Source: the human T2T-CHM13v2.0 reference genome, Homo sapiens. Taken from it: DNA of 64,000 nt. Shown here in pieces: positions 55,480-64,000 of the stretch (position 1 is the first letter of the stretch; every line of letters begins with the position of its first letter). The stretch is from assembly GCF_009914755.1 (NCBI RefSeq), contig NC_060927.1, one strand, 5' to 3'. A model generated the notes under the pieces. That model did not search any database. It was given only the letters and a program-made list of their open reading frames with translations, and had not been told where the DNA came from. The translations under genes and the position numbers were made by a program.

Positions 55480-56050
55480 CTTACAGGGGTAATGACACTG
55501 TGTCCGGGAGAGGAGGCATGAGAATGGAAAAGACAGACCACTTCTTTGCATAGGCTCCCAGTCTGGAGGAAAAATACATACAGAGATCATTTCAACAGAA
55601 TGGGACATGGGGAATCGGGACCGACTCTGCCTACAGAGGTCCAGGAAGGATGAACCACAGAGATGTCCATGATTTGGTTTTGAAGGGAGGGTTGGATTTC
55701 TCCTGGCCCGACTGTGGGAGGTGCTTTGCAAATGGAAGGCACAGCAAGAACAAGGCAAATCGTGCTCAGGAAAAGCGAGACATCCAGCAGGAGCACAGGG
55801 GGAAAGGTGAAGCTAAGCCTAGAAGGTTGCAGGTTTGCAGCTTTATTCTAGAGTCAAGAAAGAACTGGGAAAGGATTTCAAGCGAGGGAATGACAAGGTC
55901 TGTGTCTTGGGAAGAGCAGCTGTGCCGTAATGTGGAGAATGCATTGGGCTTACAGTGATTGATTCCAATGAGCAATGGAGATTGAAGGGACAGAGACTAA
56001 TTCAAGCTATCGCAGGGCCAGAACTGGGTGGTGGCTGAAGGTTGGAGAGA
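55480..56050 (-). mobile_element. L2 fragment
   Basis: Purine-rich antisense L2 character (GCAGCTTTATTCTAGAG...GGATTTCAAGCGAGGGAATGACA...GTGGAGAATGCATTGG). Confidence 0.55.
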
Positions 56051-56803
56051 AGAGGCCAGAGGAGGATGCTCGTGTCAAGCCCCTTGGAAAGGAGAGAATG
56101 GGACTATTTATAATGAATTAGCAGCCAGCAGCCGCTCCTGTCACTGCTGTTAGAAAACTGGCCTTTGACCTCGGAAGGGTCCATCCTCCAACTGCCACTC
56201 CCTGGCTCACTGCAGAGTCATGCAAGGTGATGCTCCCCCATAACTATGGTCTCGATGCATCTCAGATTCTAGCCCCTCAGCTCCCTATGGGGGTTAATCT
56301 GCATCTGAACGTACTGGTGCAGGCATTCTCACATGTGGGGCCTTAAATGTTAGAGTCTCTCTTGCTGACCAAATGCTCTGGGCTCCCCAAGGCTGAGAGC
56401 TATTAGGGAAACAAAGGAAAGCCCTTTTAATTAGGCTCTCTGCATTTCCCCGCAGGAGAGGGAGGAGGGGCGCAAGAGCCCCAGTTGTTCTGGTGATTAG
56501 ATACAACAGGGGAGAAGTTTAAAACATCTGGGTGTATTTATACCTCCAAAGCCATGACCGAAACACGTGAGGATTCAAAGGAGCTGAGCCTTCCACTGGG
56601 CTTTTGTTTACGTTTATTGGCAGATGCCTGGGAGGATCCAGGGTTGATGGGAAGTCTCAGGGGCAGCCCTTCCTCAGTCTCTGGAGACACTCACCTTCCC
56701 CTCCCCCTCCCGCCAGAGCCCAGGCCTGGGGAAGAGAGGAGGGAGACTTATTATTCTAGAAAGTTACATTTATAGTGTTGTTCAGCACACCACTTAAAAA
56801 AAA

Positions 56804-57007
56804 TTTATTTCAGGTTTAGGGATATATGTGCAGGTTTGTTATGTAGGTAACTTGTGTGTCTCAGGGGTTTGCTGTACAAATTGTTTTGCATCCAGGTACT
56901 AAGCATAGTACCTGTTGTTTTGTATCCAGGCACTAAGCATAGTACCTGTTGTTTCGCATCCAGGTACTAAGCGTAGTACCTAATAGGTAGTTTTATGATC
57001 CTCACCA
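56804..57007 (-). mobile_element. Older L1PA/L1PB-type 3' end fragment
   Basis: TATGTGCAGGTTTGTTATGTAGGTAA...GGGGTTTGCTGTACA...AATAGGTAGTTTTATGATCCTCACC. Confidence 0.85.
56881..56981. repeat. 34-bp tandem repeat x3, each unit palindromic
   Basis: TTGTTTTGCATCCAGGTACTAAGCATAGTACCTG starts at 56881, 56915 and 56949. Confidence 0.96.
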
Positions 57008-57589
57008 CTTTGTTTCTTAACCAAGTATCCCACTTTATACCCAGCAGGCACACTGAGGGATGGGAACTAGCAGACTGGTCTCCAGCAGGTTTTAGACTTG
57101 CAGTTAAGAACTGTGTTAAAACTCGCAACCAATTTTCTGTAATACATAAATACATATCCTTAAAAAAAAGGCGGGGAGAAGGAGCAATGAGTGTTTATAG
57201 AGATTTGTCCTCAGTAGTCACTGGCAAATTCAAACGGAAGACTATAGATGAAGACAAAGATTTCAGTGGTCTCTGTTTTGCAGCATCTGGCAAAATTCAG
57301 ATGTCATTGAGACTCTGCAGTGGTTGAATGTCCTTTTCTACAAGTTATGGCTAGTGTAAGCTATTAGAAAAAAATGTCAATAAAAGAAGGCAAGATTCTT
57401 CTCATTTGATACCCCAGTGCGGATCTTCTAGAAAAGTCACCTCTATGCAAATCCTCTCACCCTGACAGCCGCAGAGGACAGGAAGCCCTTCCCCTGGCTG
57501 ATGTCACATTTTTTTTTTTTCTGAGAACGACTACTTTTCAAAAAGGCATTTAGAACAAATTGTGCCGTTTGAGAGAAGACAGGGATAGA

Positions 57590-57760
57590 ACAGAAACCGT
57601 CAAGCTTTAATTTCCCTGCTAATTAATGCTTGATCATCTATCCTTTTATGATTCTTGACCCCAGAAGGAAAATTTATTAGTACTTTTAGATTTTGCACAG
57701 TCGTGCTAAATGAGGCATGTAATGCATTAATTTAGTGCCTCGTTAGCATAAACAGGGCCT
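57590..57760. promoter_or_regulatory. Candidate conserved element with palindrome and POU/homeobox motifs
   Basis: CTAATTAATG, TTTTATGA, ATGTAATGCATTAAT inside an inverted repeat. Confidence 0.4.
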
Positions 57761-58579
57761 CCCCAGCCCCACCCCCCATTCCCCATGGAAGGTTTCTCTG
57801 GAGCTGTAGGGAACTTACCTAGCACAGAATGCATTATTTGGCTCTGGTGTCTGAGAGGCCATAGCCAAGGTGGGGGCTTGCCCTACCCACCCTGGGGGAT
57901 TCAAACATCAGACCTGTCTCTCCTTTTAATGAGAACATTTAAATCCCAAAGGCTTCAAGCCACTTCACACCAGTCCTCATCTTACAGAAGGCCCAGTCTG
58001 TGCAGCTACTTTTCAGCATCTCAGTCCTACCCCTCAAATCAAAAAATGAAATCTTAACCCTAGGAGGGGATTTCTGTTGGTTGGGATAGTGAACTGTTGG
58101 TGTCCTAGCTGATTCAGGTCATATTCAGCACAGGCATTTAGCCTAGATATTTACCTGGAATAGAAGCCAGCTCAGTAAATGCCCAGGTTTGCTGCAGGTA
58201 CGTTTAAAACCCTGCAAAGGATGCTTCAAGTTGATGCAGTCCAGCACCCTGTGTTTTAACGGAGGCAGAGAATTGTGGAGAAGTTTGCTGGGCAGGGAGC
58301 AGGGACTCTGCTCTGACTCTGCCGCCAACTCCCTTGGGAACTGCGGAAAGGCACTTGCCCTTTCGGACCTCTGCTCTCCCATCTGTTAAACAATCTGTAA
58401 ATCTCATGTCTAAGGTCCCTTCCGGTTTTGACATTCCATCATTCAACGTGCTGAGAATGCCAGGGGCAGACTGCGTGAAAGAGAAAGTCTATCGCTTTGG
58501 GCAAATCTATTTTTAGGAACATAACCCAAGAAGATAATTAGATGTACACATGAAAATAAGGTATTTATGAGATTACAAA

Positions 58580-58985
58580 AGACTGGTTAAATAAAATATA
58601 GTATATCTATATGACACAATCCTATGAAACCATTAAAAATAACACCATAGAATAGTATAGTCATGGAAAGACATTCGTAATATTTTGTTTTGCAAAAATC
58701 CAGGGCTTTTAAACAAGACTTCACACAGGATAATAGTTTTGCAAAAATATATCCAAAAAATATGCCTAGAAAGAGATCTGAGGGGATCTACACCAAACTG
58801 TTAATATCTATCTTTAGGTAGTAGGGTTTTAGGAGATATTTGTCTTTTTTATAATTTTCTGTATTTCCAATACAGAAAATGAAGGTGTATCATTCTTAGA
58901 AAAAATACAAGTGTGTATCATTCTTGGAAATTTACTTAAAATGAATGTGTATCATTCTTAGAAAAAAATATTAAAATTATTTAAA
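58580..58985 (+). mobile_element. L1ME-type 3' fragment
   Basis: GGTTAAATAAA...AAACCATTAAAAATAA...CATGGAAAGAC...TACACCAAACTGTTAA. Confidence 0.65.
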
Positions 58986-59899
58986 AGAAACAAAATTTTG
59001 TTCTTAAATATGTGTATTCTTTTCACATCTCATTTTTCAGATACATGAAATGGCAGCTACGAAACATCTTAAAAGGTCAGAAAATAAATGAATTGTTGGC
59101 TAGAGGTCAGCCAACAATAAAAAATTTGGATGATCAAAACTGCTTGACATATATACAATGCTAGGTGAGTTAATTTTATTAAGGCTGAAGAGAAAAAAAT
59201 GTATAAAGGTTTTCAAATGAAGAACCTGGCCTGACTGGCATGTGTCCTTATTATGATCCCAGCGTGTCCATCTTGCAGAGGGCTTAAAGATGATCCACAT
59301 CAGCTCCCACATTACACAGACAGGTAAGGCACTTGCTCCAGGTCTGGGAGCTGTTTACAGCAAAGCCAGGACTAGAACCCTGTGTCCAGCTCTAGCTCCC
59401 ATCTCAGGGCCAAAGCTACAAGGACACCCGCCCTCTCCGTGTGACCATGGAGGATGCCGGGGCTGAGATTTCCTTCCTGGAGCGCTCCAGGTATGCATTC
59501 TGACGGCTCACGTTACTTTCTTCTCAGTGGCGGTCCTTGGCTCTAGAATGTGATCTCCTTGGAGATAGACATGGCACTAGGCGTGCGGATCCTGTCTGGA
59601 GTGGGCAGAGCTTCTTCTAGAATACCAGGGCTTCCTGCCACATTCTCTTCACTGCACGGCAGTTTGTCTGTGTTCTCTGAAGTACTCTTCTGGGTTAATT
59701 TGCCCTAAGGGAGGAGAGCAGAGATTGGAAAAGTCAAAATATTAGATTACGTGAATATCGCTTATAAATTACTTGGAAATTCAATTCTACCACTATCCCC
59801 TGAGAATGTCCTCATTGCTGGGAACTGTCCTCACTGCTGGATCTTTGGGAGGAAGGAGGGTGATGAAAGGAAAGAGGAAGATGCTGTAGACACTGCCGC

Positions 59900-60470
59900 T
59901 GCACTCCAGGGTCTCAGAATCTGAGTGGGGGAATAGTCAATGGGAAGAAGGAGCTGTAAAATAAGGCAGCCTAGAAGAATGTGAAAAGGTACAAGCCGAA
60001 TACAACACCAGCAGACTCAACAGGGATTGTTTAGTTTGGAGGGAGGAGGTCCCTAAAGGCTTCCAGGAAAGGATGGCATTTGAGATAGGTCTTTGGGAAA
60101 TGGGATCTCAACATTTAGAGACAGAGAAAGGAGCATTTGAGGTTGAGGGAGCTGTGAGTGACAGTATGGTCAATGCAGATGCAGAACGGCCTTGGGGGTG
60201 GAACTAGAAACAGGTAAGGGGCCAGTGTGGCCGGAACTCAGTGCACATAGGAAAATATGAAGAGAAGGTGTTGGAGGGATGTGGGGTCATGGTTTGAGGT
60301 GCTTGAAGAACCCATAAAAGTATCTGGACTTATCCTATATGAAAAAAGGAGGTGTTGCCTGCAGGATTTTGAGGTGAGCTGTGCTTTAGGAATTTTTTTT
60401 TTTTCACATTGGAGGGGAAAAGACTAGAGTCAGAAGCAGTCATTTTAGAGAGAAGAAATAATCGTGATGA
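59900..60470 (-). mobile_element. L2 fragment
   Basis: AAAGGCTTCCAGGAAAGGATGGCATTTGAGATAGGTCTT...TCTGGACTTATCCTAT. Confidence 0.6.
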
Positions 60471-61587
60471 CAGGAAGATCCCAGGTCCCCTGCTTCCAGC
60501 TGGCGAGGAGAGAAACCAAGCTCTTTGGTTCTTCTTAGACTTTGTGGCTGCTCTTACAACTTGCTGAGAGAAACTTCTGAGCTGGTGTTTCAGCAGCTTT
60601 AGTTAGAAGCCAGGAAATGTAACTAGTGATGTTGGTGGCCCCTCTGCGATGGGTGGAAGGCTGGCGTCCTCCCCACTACCATGCAGGAGAAATTGTGCTC
60701 CCACGCTAACAGCTGGGACCCCAGTGTGGTCCTGAGTCGGCGACTGTAAAGCTACATTTTCCAACTAAGGGATGCCTCAGGAAATAATAAATCTCTCAGG
60801 ATTTATGGGCCAGGAAATTCTTTCAGGAGAGAAAATAGAGAAGAGGTAAAGCAGAGATGGGGCAAGGCAGGAGAGCAGCTGCCCAGGACCCTCCTGGCAC
60901 AAATATTGGGCTTGGTGAGTTGCGGAATTGCCCATCAGAACTCATGGCTGAGAAGGACTTGAAGGATAATCTAATAGGATCTCTTTTGCTTTCCCCTTCA
61001 TTGAACTCATGCTTCCTTCTCTGCAAAGTAAGAAGGTTGAACTCAATGACCTCCAGGGTCTTTGCCTCCAGGTTATTTGATGCTTGTGGTGAAGCCAGTC
61101 TTCTCACTAAGGGCTCTGGTTATGCCACATGCCTCATTTTCCCCAGCTGAAAATGCAATCAACCGAGTCACCTATCACCCATGTTTGGGCTGAGGATTAA
61201 CGATGGGAGGACATCTGGAGACTTCCCTCGGAGGGATACAGCTGGGTCTGATTACCTCTTATTTACTGTCTTTTTACTCTGGAGACGGCCCACATACTCA
61301 CCCTAAGGAACAATGACAGAAGCATGCAGACCATCCCAACACACCCTCCAAAACACCCCCAGCCCAGCAGCCAGTCGCCATGCATAAAATGCATAAATCC
61401 ACAAACGCAGACTCGGGCACACACATAGGCACACGCACACACGTCCTCTTTCTTCGCCTTTTCTGCCTGGTGTCTGTCAAACAGTGCATCCCCTTCATTC
61501 TCAGAGATCTGAGACCGGCCTTGTTCTGGAGTTGGTGAATTCCAGCACACCCCCTGCCTTCATTCCAAGCTGGAGCTCCGGGTGCCG

Positions 61588-61601
61588 TCAGCAGATGGCG
61601 C
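61588..61601 (+). promoter_or_regulatory. Candidate CTCF site
   Basis: TCAGCAGATGGCGC has one mismatch to core CCASYAGRKGGCRS; CpGs retained. Confidence 0.55.
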
Positions 61602-62111
61602 CCGGAGCTCTCAAACGACTGGGTGAATGCCTCGGGCCTGAACTTCTGGCCTCCCCACTCCCACCCTTGGAATGGGATAATTTGGGAGTCATCTGTGGGA
61701 GGGCTGCCAAGGCCTTAAATTTACTACTTGGAGCTGGGATAATTTTCCCCAGACGGGGCATGGAGGGGGAGAGAGGAGGAAGGAAGCGGGGTGGGGGCTG
61801 CAGACCTGGTCAGGGCCACGACAGCTCCAGCTCTGCCAGCCAAAGAAGGCCTCACTGAGAGGCCCCATCCAAAGGGGTGTCTGAAACAAGGGCAGGTCAC
61901 ACCCTGGAGGGGGAAATGCTTTCACTGCTATGAAAACCCAGGAGAACAGAAGGATTTACAGACAAAAAATAAAGCCAACAAGAGCTTCCAAATCATGTCT
62001 ATCCCTCCCACTTCCAATCTCTGACTCATCTTCTAAGCCCAGTTTCAACCTCACCTACTGTGTGAAGCTGTCCCTGACCCACACACCTCCTGTCAGCATT
62101 AACCATTCATT

Positions 62112-62760
<649 letters not shown>

Positions 62761-63399
62761 GCACTTAGCTCCCTGTGGCATTTGTCATGGTTCGTTTGGT
62801 GTGAGAGTTACACCGAACATAAGTGTGTATCCCCTCTATTTGACTGTAGTTGCGTTTGGAGCATGGATCAGACCTCACTTATTCTGGAGTTCTCAAGGAC
62901 TCCCAACAGCACCTGCTCAGAAGCCCTGGAAAGTCAGAGCACAATTAAGGACATTCGCTCTAAGAAGACACTCTCACGGTTATCGCTGGAACCCAGGGTC
63001 CCTCCAATTGGAAATGTGAAGTCAAAGGAGGAAATTGCTCTTAGGCTGAGTCACAAGACTCGTGTCCTTTTCTCCTGAGGTAGATAAGAGACACACACAC
63101 AGGCAGATACACACCTCATGCCTCCAGGAGCCGCAGAGGCAGAGAATGCAAAAAATGTGGTGGTGCCAGCCGCAGCGAGGTCTGGAAATGCCTTCTTAAT
63201 TGAGCCTTTCTGGGAGCTGCACAGGCTGGCTGGAGGAGGGACAGGAATGGAGAGGCGAGTGAGGTGGAAGGGGCCACGAAGGGCCATGTCTGAGATGGGG
63301 CCCAGGGGTCTTTGATCCTACTTCGTTTGTCATGAGTTTAGAGACCCAGAAAAAAGAGCCTTGAGTTTCTTCCAATAAAGCACTGTTACCTGAAAAATG

Positions 63400-63510
63400 C
63401 CCATCAGAACAGAATTGCTCCACCTTTGAATGGTTCTGTCTATAGGAAAGTCTTTTCTAATAGGAGCCCAAGTCTCTTTTCCTGCAGCTTTCACACACTG
63501 GGGCCACTCT
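63400..63510 (-). mobile_element. L3/CR1 fragment
   Basis: CCACCTTTGAATGGTTCTGTCTATAGGAAAGTCTTTTCTAATAGGAGCCCAAGTCT. Confidence 0.5.
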
Positions 63511-64000
63511 GAACAAATTTAGTGGTTTGACAGGAATGATTAGGGGTGGGGATGGGACTCAGAAACCTCTGCAGGGTGCCTAGTAAGTGCTAGACATCTT
63601 GCATGCATTAAGTCGTAAACCAGAAAACTCCAGAGAGACCTTTGCTGTGGATATTACTGTCCCATGTTGCGGATGAGGAAAGGGGCTCTGGGAAGTCTGC
63701 AGGTTGCCCAGGACACAGGTCCACCCAGCTCTCATCTAGCCTGTCTTCTGGTTTCCCTTCAGATGGCTGGAAACACGGCTCCTGGCTCCTCGAGCCCTCT
63801 GGTCTCCCGGCTTCAGACCTCCCTTACAGCACATACTTTCCCAGCCCATCATGACCAGCTTCTGGGGTTCCCTCTGTTTGGTCTGCAACCCTCTTCAGTG
63901 AGATCCCAGACAGGGACATAAGCATTCTTGTTGCTTTGCTGGGAAAGCACGATATGCCAGCCAGCAACCGATGTACATCATCATTTGCTTGAAGAAATAA

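Noticed and set aside
56881-58970. CRISPR-like look of the 34-bp palindromic repeat and the spaced 18-bp repeats
   Set aside because: No spacers or only short unequal ones, three copies, inside L1, no cas-like ORFs, primate DNA

Overview
Primate, very probably human, non-coding genomic DNA. I find no credible protein-coding exon, tRNA, rRNA or CRISPR array; the supplied ORFs are chance ORFs or read-throughs of Alu, L1 and THE1 sequence. Roughly half the window is transposon-derived: about 21 Alus (J, S, Y) plus one FAM monomer, long decayed L1M tracts (mostly minus strand), two short L1PA-type 3' ends, MaLR LTRs (THE1C with truncated internal region, THE1D, MSTA, MSTB, MLT1), many MIR/L2/L3 fragments, MER20, MER5 and a 7SL retropseudogene. 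Between them are repeat-free blocks rich in homeobox, MEIS, SOX and STAT motifs that look like developmental enhancers. The most interesting signals are: several non-canonical polyadenylated retro-insertions (a ~1 kb 3'UTR-like piece, a 28-nt micro-retrocopy with a perfect TSD, and an old L1 fragment inside a younger THE1C); clusters of near-perfect hairpins that look like template-switch products; three ~3-copy minisatellites; and a CTCF-like motif inside a 17-bp palindrome. I see no evidence for a new gene system. Repeat subfamily calls are from memory of consensus sequences, and boundaries of old repeats are approximate (tens of bp).
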